Part shown: positions 20,263 through 31,788 of the stretch, piece by piece
Layout of the letters: every line of letters starts with the position of its first letter
How positions within the stretch are numbered: position 1 is the stretch's first letter
Assembly (NCBI GenBank): GCA_963745075.1
Contig: CAVUWV010000018.1
Span: 192,001 to 256,000 of the forward strand
Source: Candidatus Hydrogenedentota bacterium
GTDB taxonomy: Bacteria > Hydrogenedentota > Hydrogenedentia > Hydrogenedentales > SLHB01
Direction: 5' to 3'
DNA length: 64,000 bases
Made by a program: the position numbers and the translations under genes
The notes under the pieces: generated by a model
What the model was told of the DNA's origin: nothing
The model's database searches: none
The model's input: only the letters and a program-made list of their open reading frames with translations

Positions 20263-21363
20263 TCATCGTCTCAAGATACCACCGCGGCCCTGGCTCAAGA
20301 AAATCCCTTGCAGGTTCATCTTGAGTTCGTCCGGATTATCGCTGTTCCACTCGGCTTCTTCTTGAGATACCAGACCCTTCTTCACCAGCTCCACCAGACT
20401 CATATTGAAAGTCTGCATCCCATCTTCTTTGCCGCCGGCGATCGCATTCGGAATCTGTTTAAGATTGTTCTCTTTAATCAACGACGCAATCGCCGGACTA
20501 TTGAACAGAATCTCGACCGTGGGAACGCGCCCTTCCCCGTCTTTCGACATCAACAAACGCTGGGCCACGCAGGCGCGGAGCTGCAGCGAAAGCTGGGAGC
20601 GGACCTGGGCGTGATGGTTCGACGGGAACAGGTCGAGGATACGGTCTACCGTCAGCATCGCGTTGGTCGTGTGCAGCGTGCTGAACACCAAGTGGCCGGT
20701 TTCCGCGGCGGAGATAGCCGCCTGGAACGTTTCGGCATCGCGCATTTCGCCGATGAGAATCACGTCCGGGTCTTCGCGCATGACGGCGCGCAACGCCGTG
20801 TTGAAGTTCTGCGTATCAATCGTGACTTCGCGCTGACTGATAATGCTTTTCTTGTTGTGGTGGAGATATTCGATGGGGTCTTCCAGCGTCACGATGTGGC
20901 AGCGCCGATTCTCGTTAATCAGATCGATAATCGACGCGAGCGTCGTCGATTTGCCGCTACCGGTCGTACCCGTCACGAGCACCAGCCCGCGCGGCATTCG
21001 CGTAATCGCTTCGAGTGAGGGTGGGAGATTGAGATCGCCGAAACTCAGGATTTTGCCTTTTACGTGGCGCATGACAATACCCACGGAGCCGCGCTGCATC
21101 ATGCAATTCACACGGAAACGGCCCAACCCCGGCACGCCGAGGGCTTGGTCCGCGTCGCCCGACTCAAGAAACTTTTCCTTCTGCGCCTCGCTCATGATGT
21201 CATCCAGAAAGCGAACGGTATCCTCCGGATTCAGGGGCTCGGCTTCGCGAATAAAACGAATCACCCCGTCGATTCGCACAGCGGGGGGACTTCCGACCGT
21301 CAGATGTACGTCGGATGCACCGTTTTTGACGGCATACGTGAGTATTTTTTGGAGCGTTAGCAT
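20263..21363 (-). CDS. PilT/PilU family type IV pilus ATPase
   Basis: ASDVHL, GTTGSGKST, EDPIE, REDPDVILIGEMRD, TGHLVFSTLHT, GMQTF. Confidence 0.95.
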   Translation of the reverse strand: MLTLQKILTYAVKNGASDVHLTVGSPPAVRIDGVIRFIREAEPLNPEDTVRFLDDIMSEAQKEKFLESGDADQALGVPGLGRFRVNCMMQRGSVGIVMRHVKGKILSFGDLNLPPSLEAITRMPRGLVLVTGTTGSGKSTTLASIIDLINENRRCHIVTLEDPIEYLHHNKKSIISQREVTIDTQNFNTALRAVMREDPDVILIGEMRDAETFQAAISAAETGHLVFSTLHTTNAMLTVDRILDLFPSNHHAQVRSQLSLQLRACVAQRLLMSKDGEGRVPTVEILFNSPAIASLIKENNLKQIPNAIAGGKEDGMQTFNMSLVELVKKGLVSQEEAEWNSDNPDELKMNLQGIFLSQGRGGILRR

Positions 21364-21783
21364 GTCCTATTCCCTTATGACCCCGATACTGCAAATAACG
21401 ATGGACTATAGCAAACGTATCGTCCTGTACTCAAAAATGCGAAGCGCGCTGTCCAAGGTCCGAGCTGAATCCTGCGCTCGGATAAACGTTCGATGCCTGC
21501 CACAATTGGGGATTATCGACACCATAAGCCGCTAGGTCATTCCCTGCCTTCACGAGGTAATGGAATAAAAACTTACATCCGAAACTGGGGACGCCGTTGC
21601 ACGCGCCCGTGCCGTTCGCCGGGCTGAGCGGCTTGGGATCCTTTTGGGTCACACCGCCCGTCACACGCTCTTGACACACCGGCATCGCATTCTTTGTAAC
21701 GAATTATATACGAATATCTTATAGCCAATGTCAGGCAAATTTCGGGTATACAATCGACAACATGTTGTGGAACCTTACAAATC

Positions 21784-21812
21784 TTGCATAGATATAGTAC
21801 TTCTGCTATAAT
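21784..21812 (+). promoter_or_regulatory. Sigma-70 promoter of the 21931-30727 operon
   Basis: TTGCAT-N17-TATAAT in an AT-rich divergent intergenic region. Confidence 0.7.
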
Positions 21813-21930
21813 GCCCACGATATATTGGGGATAATGCGAGGCCATGGAAGGCAATTATCCTCCTTATTGTGGTCTATGGGGGTGTAGTGATAGACCAAGG
21901 GTTTCCGTTCTGCGACGGCAAGGAGTGGCC

Positions 21931-23628
21931 ATGAAAACTCGCAGTGTGCTTGTCTACTGCCCAGGTTATCCTATTGATATTAATTCGCTTATACCAAATC
22001 GATTCCTTGCCGAAGCGGCAGGATGCCTCCTCGATGCGGGCCACACCACTCGGATTTGGGACTACGGAACGGTAGCGACTGCCGAGCGGCTCCTAGAAGG
22101 GAAGCTCAGCGACTTGGCCCGCGCGGTTGGAGAGTCGATACTTGCTGACACGGGGCTCAACCCGTTACGAACGCTACATACGCTTTGGCAGATCCGCGCC
22201 TCCGACAAACTGTTTTCACAGAGGCTTACGCGTCTGTGTCAGGAGGTCGCGGATGAATTGGCACATATGCGAGGCCTCCACTTCGTCGGCCTCTTGCTCC
22301 GCTCTGTTGAGGACATGCGCTACGCTGCGCAGATCGCGCAGATGGTCCGTACGAACCGGCGCAAGCTCCGCATTGTAGCGTTCGGTCCGTTAGTGGATCT
22401 CTATGGCACGTCGGTTCTTCGGGGCTACCCGGCGTTCGACTGCATCTGCCTTCGCGGCATCGAGTTAAGTCTTGTAGGGCTTGCCGAAAAGATCGACACG
22501 CCGCGGTTATGGTCAACAATACCGAACATTTTGTTTCGTGACAGCTCTCGGATCCGGGAAACGGAACGCCGGGATAGTCTCAGTCTTGGAAGCCACCCGT
22601 CGCCCGCCTACGAGCCCGATACGTACCCGGCGCTGCGCGCCGAACAGAAACTCAAGCTGTTTGAACTCGAAGACAACCGGGGCAAGCGCGGTGAGGGATA
22701 CGGACATCCCGACTTGGAGCCGGAAGTTGCGGTTCGCATGAAGCCGGTCACGGCGGTGGTCAACGAAATGTGGAAGGTTGCGACGTTGTACGGCGCCCGG
22801 GCATTCAGTCTGTGCGGTTCGGCGGCGTCGGCGTCTCACATGACGGCAGTAGCCCACGAATTGCTGCGACGGAGAATGGACGTAATCTATTCGCGAAGCA
22901 GTGCTGTCCAGGGCGATGTCCCGGCGATGTTCGGCATCTTGAAGGCTTCGGGGTGCGCGTCAATGTCGTTTATTGTAGACACCGGTAGCCAACGACTCCT
23001 GGAAGATTACTATGGTCGTGCGGTGACGGTCTCCGAGGTGGAATCGATTCTCAGAGCGTGTAAAGCGTCGGGGATCTATACGATTGCGCGCTTTACCTAT
23101 CCTTGCCCTGCGGATGACTACCATACACGGGCGGAAACGGTCCGGCTCGTGGAGCGGACGCGTCCCCATGCGGCGTCGGTGGAGTTTCCCCAAGTCGTTC
23201 CGCAATCGCGGTGGTTCCGGGACGGCGCGGCATTTGGGTATCGCTTTCGGCCGGAACGTGTCCTGTCGGACGCGACAGACTGCGTACGGCGATTTCCTCT
23301 ACCGCCCAATACCTGGAGCCGCCTCCCGGTAGGCATGGACGGCCTGAGCCCGAGCCAGGCGGTCGCGGCACACGACGAATTGGTGGCGGAGTTCGAGAGC
23401 CGGGGTATCCTTGCCTCCGCACCGGCCAATCTGGTCCAGTTGGCGCGGCTGGCGGGTTACGCGAAGCGTGAGCGCGAATTTGTGTCCCGCGTTTACGAGG
23501 AGTTTCTGACCGGAGATGCAGCGGGGATCGCCACCTTGGTCGATCAGTTCAACGAGATAGCTTGTGTACCGGCTAAGGGTGTAGCATTACATCCATTCGA
23601 CTCGTCGCGCGTCGCGGTAGGGAATTAG
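21931..23628 (+). CDS. B12-binding-domain/radical SAM-fold protein lacking the CxxxCxxC motif
   Basis: Class B rSAM-like layout (PNILFR, PSPAY, R.KP..VVNEM, SGC...DTGSQRLL); DNRGKRGEGYGH at the usual SRGCxxxCxFC position; AAGGAG RBS. Confidence 0.75.
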   Translation: MKTRSVLVYCPGYPIDINSLIPNRFLAEAAGCLLDAGHTTRIWDYGTVATAERLLEGKLSDLARAVGESILADTGLNPLRTLHTLWQIRASDKLFSQRLTRLCQEVADELAHMRGLHFVGLLLRSVEDMRYAAQIAQMVRTNRRKLRIVAFGPLVDLYGTSVLRGYPAFDCICLRGIELSLVGLAEKIDTPRLWSTIPNILFRDSSRIRETERRDSLSLGSHPSPAYEPDTYPALRAEQKLKLFELEDNRGKRGEGYGHPDLEPEVAVRMKPVTAVVNEMWKVATLYGARAFSLCGSAASASHMTAVAHELLRRRMDVIYSRSSAVQGDVPAMFGILKASGCASMSFIVDTGSQRLLEDYYGRAVTVSEVESILRACKASGIYTIARFTYPCPADDYHTRAETVRLVERTRPHAASVEFPQVVPQSRWFRDGAAFGYRFRPERVLSDATDCVRRFPLPPNTWSRLPVGMDGLSPSQAVAAHDELVAEFESRGILASAPANLVQLARLAGYAKREREFVSRVYEEFLTGDAAGIATLVDQFNEIACVPAKGVALHPFDSSRVAVGN

Positions 23629-24876
23629 ATGATGCATTCACGATCGGTTGTAGTCACCGGATTCGGGATACTTGCGTGCAACGGACTTGGGCGCGAAGCC
23701 TTCTGGAATGCCCTGAAAGAAGGGCGGTCGGGGATTCGCCGCATCGAACGTTTCGATCCGACGCCGTTTCCCTGCCAGATCGCCGGTGAACTCTGGGGTT
23801 TCGACGCCGCCGACTATCTTTCGAAAGCGGACGTCAAACGCTGGCATCGATACGTACATCAAGCCGTCGCCAGCGCCAAGCTCGCGGCTGAAGACGGGGG
23901 CCTTGCGGATGCCGGCTACGATCCGGAGCGCGTTGCCGTTGGTTTTGGAACGAGCGCGGGCGCACCGGACGAGTATTACATGAAGTACCGTACGTCCTTC
24001 GAAGAGGGCGGCTGGAGCAACATCGACAAGCTTGCGTCGTCGACGTCTTCGGGCCACGCGGCGACCGCCAATGTGTCGGCCACGCTACACGCGCGCGGTC
24101 CCGCGACGACGATCGCCAGTGGTTGCGCCACGGGGCTTGACGTCATCGCGTGGGGCGCCAATCAGATTCGCCGTGGGCTTGCCGACGCGGCCATCTGCGG
24201 CGCGTCGGAAGCGCCCCTCACGGAACTGACGTTGGGCGCGACCTGTTCCCTGGGGATTCTCTCCAAACGTAACGATGAACCGACCAAGGCGATGCGCCCC
24301 TTCGACCGCGACAGCGACGGTATTGTGCTGAGCGAGGGGGCCGGCGCGGTAATCCTCGAGAGCGCGGAGAACGCGGTGGCGCGGGGTGCGCGCATTTATG
24401 CGGAACTTTGCGGGTACGGAACGGCGGCGGAAGGGCAAAACGCACTGATTCTGGATAAGGAGGGCAAGGCCCTGGCGCGGGCGATCACCATGGCATTGCG
24501 GGAAGGGGGACTCGCCCCGGAAGATGTTGACGGAGCGGCCTGTCACGGCGTATCGCTCCCGGCATACGATCGCAGCGAGACCAGCGCCTATAAAGAGGCA
24601 TTGGGACAACACGCGTACCGAATCCCCATCACGGCGTGCAAATCCATGACGGGGCAACCGTATTCGGCGGGGGGGATTCTGAACGTCGGCGCCGCACTAT
24701 TTGCGTTGTGCACCGGGATCGTGCCGCCGACGATCAATCTGGACGAACCCGATCCGGCCTGCGACCTCGATTTTGTACCTAAACAAGCGCGGTATAATGA
24801 CGTTAGAGTAATCCTCGTTACTGCGATGAGTTTTGGAGGCACCCACGGGGCGCTTGTAATGCGAAAGAGTAGCTGA
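23629..24876 (+). CDS. Beta-ketoacyl synthase (FabF/KAS II-like) with variant active site
   Basis: VVVTGFG, SGCATG (Cys), RPFDRDSDG, EGAG, HGVS, KSMTGQ (Gln for His), PPTINL, SFGG. Confidence 0.9.
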   Translation: MMHSRSVVVTGFGILACNGLGREAFWNALKEGRSGIRRIERFDPTPFPCQIAGELWGFDAADYLSKADVKRWHRYVHQAVASAKLAAEDGGLADAGYDPERVAVGFGTSAGAPDEYYMKYRTSFEEGGWSNIDKLASSTSSGHAATANVSATLHARGPATTIASGCATGLDVIAWGANQIRRGLADAAICGASEAPLTELTLGATCSLGILSKRNDEPTKAMRPFDRDSDGIVLSEGAGAVILESAENAVARGARIYAELCGYGTAAEGQNALILDKEGKALARAITMALREGGLAPEDVDGAACHGVSLPAYDRSETSAYKEALGQHAYRIPITACKSMTGQPYSAGGILNVGAALFALCTGIVPPTINLDEPDPACDLDFVPKQARYNDVRVILVTAMSFGGTHGALVMRKSS

Positions 24877-27386
24877 TGCACGACGGCGTGACATCGTTCT
24901 TTCTCTTGCTTTCCGCGGCTTCGTGTATCGCACTGGCCGCTGTCGTCCTTCTGCGCAATCCTCGCCGCACCACGAATATCGCCTTCGGGATCCTGTGCGC
25001 CAACCTCGTGCTTTGGACGATCGGGGTGTTTACGATCATCCACGTCACCCATCCCGACACCGCGGTGTTCTGCATACGCTTGACCTTTGCGGTCTCGTGT
25101 TTCCTGCCGGCAACGTTCTATCTGTTCATCGGGTTCTTCCCCCGTGGGGTGTTCGACGGGGTCAAGGGCCTGTTTGTTTTTTATTGCGTATTCGGCGTCG
25201 TTATGAGCGTCCTGGCCATTCTGCCGGGACCCTGGTATCTGAATGACGTCGCCGTATCGGACTTGGGCCAGCCGTTGCCGGATTATGGCCCGGTGTTTCA
25301 GGCCTACTTCGTTGTCTGCGCGTTCACGTTCGTCGTACTGCACGTAAACCTGATTCGGAAACTGCGCGGTTCTTCCGGTATCGCGCGCCGCCAGATCCAG
25401 CACGTCCTCCTCGGAATCTTCGCATCCACGCTGCTCGGATTTTCGACCAACATCATGGGGCCCGCGCTCGGAATCAGGTCCGGCGAAGAATACGGACCCG
25501 TTTTCGTGATGCTGATGACGGCCGCGTTCGCGTACGCGATGATCCGCTATCACCTCATGGATATCTGGGTGATTTTCTCGACGACGACGGTCTATGCGGC
25601 CGCGACGGGGGCGGTCATCCTGGTCTTCTTGAGCACGATCTCGCTCGTGCACTGGGTCTTCCGAACGCGCGGCGGCGCGAGCGAGGTGCTTTCCACGATC
25701 CTGGCCGCAGTCGTCATTGTGCTGATTCTGGAACCGCTGAAAGAACGGATGCAGTTGCTTCTCAATCGAACCGTGCTCAAGCGGCGTTACGATGTCAATC
25801 GGCTGCTCGCGCGGGCCAGTAAGCACGCCTCCGAAAGTGTGGTGCTCGACGAACTCCTCGAGACCGTTTGTGAAGACATTCAAAGAACCGTGGGCGCGAG
25901 CGTCGTGCGGGTCCTTCTGATCGACGAGCGGGATCCCAACACTCTGGTCACGGAATACTCGAGCCGGGCCCGGGAGCGCGGCAGCCGGGCGAGCGATTAT
26001 TCCCTGCTTCTGGACTACCTGCGCGATCACCGGGAACCCGTGTTGCTGGAGGCCATCGTTCATGCACGCGTGACACCCGAGCGGGCACAGCTCGCCGAAA
26101 TGCTCGCGGAACTGGACGCGTATCTGTGCCTGCCGCTGAAGCGAACGACCGGTCTCGTGGGCATCCTCACGCTGGGGCAAAAGCTTTCGCGGGATATCTA
26201 TTCGTCGGAAGACGTGGTGGCGTTTACTGCGTTGGCAACGCCACTAACCACGGCCATCGAGAATGCCCGGCTGTACGCGGAGTTGGAGCAAGCGAACCAG
26301 CACCGCGAACGACTACTCAGCAATATGCGGGGCGGTGTCGTGTCGGTGGACACGGACGGCTGCGTCACCACGGTGAACGCGGGCGCGGTGGAGATTCTAG
26401 GCCCCATCGAGCTGGGTCAACACATGCAGACGATTACGCCTCAGGTGGCGCGAATCCTGCAACGCACCCTGGAGGACCGGCGCGCCATTAGCGATTTCGA
26501 GACAGTCATCGTGCGGCCCGATTCCGAACGCATCCCCGTCGTGATGTCGTCGTCTTGCCTGGAAACGGGCGAAGGCGAAGTGACCGGGTCCATGGTGGTC
26601 CTTTACGACCTCACCCAGGTCAAGCGGCTGGAACAGAACGTCCAACGTGCGCACCGGTTGTCGTCGATCGGCACCTTGGCGGCCGGTATGGCGCACGAAA
26701 TCAAGAATCCCCTGGTATCGATCAAGACCTTCAGCCAGCTTTTGCTGGAACGCTACGACGACCCCGATTTCCGGGACACCTTCACGGATATCGTCCCGAA
26801 TGAGGTCGAGCGAATCGACTCGATCGTGACCCGATTGCTGCATTTCGCCCGGCCCCGGCCGGCGAGTTTTGCGCCACAGAACCTTCGTGCTATTATTGGG
26901 GAGGTTCTTGTGCTCGTAGAGAACCAGTTTCGGAAGGGGAATATTACCGTTGAGACGGACTTTCCTGGCGCAGATGTGGGTGTTTATGGGGATGAACAGC
27001 TTCTCCATCAGGTGTTTCTCAACCTGGTCCTCAATGCCATTGACGCCATGAAGGACGTCAGAACCGGGGCCAAATTGGCGGTTCACGTCGAATACGGCCG
27101 CATGGTTCTCCGCCGCAACGGCCACGACCCCCTCCCCGATGCGGACTGTGTGCGGGTTTCGCTCTCTGACTCGGGAATTGGGATCAGTGCGGAGAGCTTG
27201 GAACGGATTTTCACGCCGTTCTATACGACGAAAGATGAAGGCACCGGCCTGGGACTGGCCGTCGTGCACGGAATCGTAACGGAACATGGGGGTTCCATTT
27301 ACGTCGAAAGCGAGCCAGGCGAAGGCACCACCTTCGTCATCACACTGCCCTCGGCAAAAGTCATGTCGGGCGTCAAGGGCGAGTAA
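24876..27386 (+). CDS. Membrane sensor histidine kinase (multi-TM N-terminus, GAF, PAS, HisKA, HATPase)
   Basis: Many hydrophobic helices; AIENARLY; AHEIKNPL H-box; NAIDAM, DSGIGI, GTGLGL. Confidence 0.95.
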   Translation: MHDGVTSFFLLLSAASCIALAAVVLLRNPRRTTNIAFGILCANLVLWTIGVFTIIHVTHPDTAVFCIRLTFAVSCFLPATFYLFIGFFPRGVFDGVKGLFVFYCVFGVVMSVLAILPGPWYLNDVAVSDLGQPLPDYGPVFQAYFVVCAFTFVVLHVNLIRKLRGSSGIARRQIQHVLLGIFASTLLGFSTNIMGPALGIRSGEEYGPVFVMLMTAAFAYAMIRYHLMDIWVIFSTTTVYAAATGAVILVFLSTISLVHWVFRTRGGASEVLSTILAAVVIVLILEPLKERMQLLLNRTVLKRRYDVNRLLARASKHASESVVLDELLETVCEDIQRTVGASVVRVLLIDERDPNTLVTEYSSRARERGSRASDYSLLLDYLRDHREPVLLEAIVHARVTPERAQLAEMLAELDAYLCLPLKRTTGLVGILTLGQKLSRDIYSSEDVVAFTALATPLTTAIENARLYAELEQANQHRERLLSNMRGGVVSVDTDGCVTTVNAGAVEILGPIELGQHMQTITPQVARILQRTLEDRRAISDFETVIVRPDSERIPVVMSSSCLETGEGEVTGSMVVLYDLTQVKRLEQNVQRAHRLSSIGTLAAGMAHEIKNPLVSIKTFSQLLLERYDDPDFRDTFTDIVPNEVERIDSIVTRLLHFARPRPASFAPQNLRAIIGEVLVLVENQFRKGNITVETDFPGADVGVYGDEQLLHQVFLNLVLNAIDAMKDVRTGAKLAVHVEYGRMVLRRNGHDPLPDADCVRVSLSDSGIGISAESLERIFTPFYTTKDEGTGLGLAVVHGIVTEHGGSIYVESEPGEGTTFVITLPSAKVMSGVKGE

Positions 27387-27389
27387 CCT

Positions 27390-29350
27390 ATGCATGTCGT
27401 TCTAGTGATTGCGGAAGAGCGCGCGATCCGTGAAGCGATCGGCGCTTCCTTGCGCGACACCTCCCACATCGTGTTCGAGACCGACGTGGACGCGGCCCTG
27501 CGCCGGCTGATCTCGATTCATGCCGACGCGATCATTCTGGACGACACGCCTAAGTTGGGGCTTAGCGCGTTGACCCGGATCGTGAAAGCCACGATGCATC
27601 TTCCGATCATTATGCTGTCGTCCCGCGGGGATTCCGAGACCCGGGCCGGTTTCACTTTGGCCGGAGCGGCCGTTTGTCTGCCCAAACCCTTTTCGTACGA
27701 TGACCTGATTGGCGCGATTAACCATGTGATTGAACCGCCGGAATCACCGCCCGAGTCCGTGCCCGTACAGGTAAGCGAACCGTCCAATTCCACCATCGTC
27801 AGCCAGTATCAAACGGCCATGCGCTGGCTGAACCGGTTCATGTCCAGCATTGAAGACACGAACCGGCTCGAGTACGTGCTGTCGGACGCCCTCGTGGATG
27901 TGTTCGATCCGTCACGATGCGCGGTCCTACTGGATCGGGAAGGCGCGGTGCGGATTGCCGCGAGCCACGGAGTCTCCCCCAGCGTGGCGCAGACGCTCCG
28001 GCTGGAGTACGCCTCCGGTCTGATGCGTTGGTTCGAGGTCAACCCCTATTTGATCGACAAGGCGGCGACCCGGTCGCTTTCCGCGGCCAAGGAAATGCAC
28101 CTTCTGGGCGCACGGCTCGGGGTACCGCTTTTATGCCGCGGTCGCGTCACGGGGGCTCTCGTCATCGGAGACAAGTCCGCGGGCCGCGAATACGGCTCGG
28201 AAGAACGGGAACTCTTGACGACACTCGCACGCGCCGCGGGAACCGCGCTTGAAAACGCGGAACTGCACGGCGATCTGGTTGGACAGCAAGGGCATCTCAA
28301 CACGGTGCTCGAGCACCTTGCTTCGGGTGTCGTCGTGGTGGACGGCGACAAGACCATTCGTCTGCTAAACCACAGCGCGGAGCGCATCCTGCAGATCCGG
28401 GCGATCGACGTCGTGGGTCGCAGCGTACAGAAACTGGGCTCCGGCTTTGCCGATGTGGTGCTTCGCGTATTGATGCAGCGCAAGGCCTTACTCCGGCAAG
28501 AAATCCGCGACGCGGCAGTCAGCACGAAGATCGGGTTAAGCGCCGCGCCATTGGGCGACGACGGTGTCGTGGTTATCTTTTCAAAGTTGCCGAAACAGCC
28601 CCAGGCCAAGGAAGATATCGAATACAGTCCCTACTGGGAGTACTTGTCGGCGCGCGTGGCACAGGAGATCAAGAACCCGCTGGTGGCAATCAACACGTTT
28701 GCGCAACTGTTGCCGCGGAAATACGAATCCGAGGATTTTCGAAGTCAGTTCGGCTCGGTGATGCAGCGGGAAGTCGATCGGATCAATCGCGTTGTCGAGA
28801 CGTTGTTTGATTTTGCGCGCCATCCAAGGCTCGTATTGCAGCCGCTCAGTGTGAACGACGTGGTCGAGCGTGTGTTGAACACCTTTGAAGACGAAGCACG
28901 GAACCGGAGCATCATCATTCAGCGCAATCTTGACCCGGTCGTGCCCACGGCGAATCTCGATCCGCTGTTCTTCGCGCAAGCCGTGCACAATGTGGTGCAG
29001 AACGCCTTCGATGCCATGCCAAACGGCGGTGAACTCAAGGTCACGAGCCGTCCCCGCGATGAAGGCAGCGAAATACTGATTGCGGACACGGGTTCCGGGA
29101 TTCCCGAGCAGGTGGCGCCATTGGTATTTCTGCCGTTTTTCGGAACGCGTGAAAACGGCATGGGGCTTGGCCTTACGGTCGCGAGACGAATCGCGAAACA
29201 GCATCATGGGGAACTGAAACTGCTCGCAAGCGAATCGGGCAGCGCGTTTGCATTTCGAATTCCGAACGCAAATGCGGTACGGGATCCGGTGGAGTCTTTC
29301 GAGCGAACCAAACACGACCAGGACATTCCCCTGGCATCGGGCATTGTCTA

Positions 29351-29351
<1 letters not shown>
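27390..29351 (+). CDS. Hybrid REC-GAF-PAS-histidine-kinase-like protein lacking the phosphoacceptor His
   Basis: N-terminal receiver (AIILDD, LPKPF); AQEIKNPL in place of AHEIKNPL; NAFDAM, DTGSGI, GMGLGL intact. Confidence 0.88.
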
Positions 29352-30727
<1,376 letters not shown>

Positions 30728-30868
30728 GTTAAGGGTTTTTGACCGCGAACGGCAGCGCCCGGTATGCTTCCGGGAACCGAAAACAAATCCAGCCGGCTTT
30801 GGCATGTCTGTTCCAAATCCATCTATTGTTTCAATGAATTGCGTCATTTCAGGAAGGAGATTGTCTTT

Positions 30869-31764
30869 ATGCAGGTGACCGTGGTGGGCTCCATTGCCCT
30901 GGATACCGTCGAAACCCCCTCGGGCTTGAACGAGGAAGGCCTGGGCGGCGCGGCGACGTTTTTCTCATTGGCGGCCGCCAACTACGCCCCGGTGCATCTG
31001 GTTGGCGTCGTCGGCGAGGATTTTCCAGAGGAACACGTTCAGTTGCTTCGCTCCAAGAACATCAATCTGGACGGCTTGGAACGAGCCGGGGGAAAACGTT
31101 TCGGTGGTCCGGGAAATACCACGACGACGTCAACAACCGGGACACGCTGGAAACGCAACTGAATGTGTTCGAGCATTTTCACCCCAAACTGCCGGCGGCC
31201 GCCTGCGAGGCGCCCTATCTCTTTCTCGGCAACATTCACCCCAGTTTGCAGATGGAAGTGTTGGAGCAGGCGAAGCCGAAGTTCGTGGGCCTAGATACCA
31301 TGAACCTGTGGATCAACATTGCACAGGACGAGTTGCGCGAGGTGCTGAAGCGGGTCGATGTCATCATCATCAACGATTCTGAAGTTCGGGACTTAACCGG
31401 CGAATCGAATCTGGTCAAGGGCGCCAAGGCGGTCAAAGCGCTGGGTCCGCGGATTGTGGTCATCAAGAAGGGCGAGCACGGGTGTTTGCTCTACAGCAAT
31501 GAAGACGTTTTTTCGGCCCCGGCGTACCCTATCGAGGAAGTGGTCGATCCGACCGGCGCTGGCGATACGTTTGCCGGCGGGTTTCTTGGGCATCTCGCGG
31601 GTCTCGAGAAAACCGACCCGGCGAGTCTGCGTCAAGCCGTGATTCATGGCAGCGTGGTTGCCTCATTTACGTGTGAGAAGTTCGGTCCTGCGCGGCTTGC
31701 GGAGATTGGCCCCGACGACATCAAGGCGCGGTTCGAGGAGTTTCGGAAACTGGCGGCGTTCTGA
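30869..31764 (+). CDS. PfkB family sugar/nucleoside kinase; frameshift near 31095
   Basis: VGSIALDTVETP, GGAATFF; DPTGAGDTFAGG; adding one A to the AAAA run restores GKTFRWSGKY. Confidence 0.9.
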
Positions 31765-31788
31765 TAGGACGCGGACGTGAGGAACGGC

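Noticed and set aside
21931..24876. Complete type II PKS / aryl-polyene cluster
   Set aside because: No ACP, chain-length factor, reductase or dehydratase nearby.
30800..30814. Sigma-54 promoter TGGCATGTCTGTTCC upstream of the PfkB kinase
   Set aside because: The conserved -12 G is replaced by C; too weak to call despite the adjacent activator.
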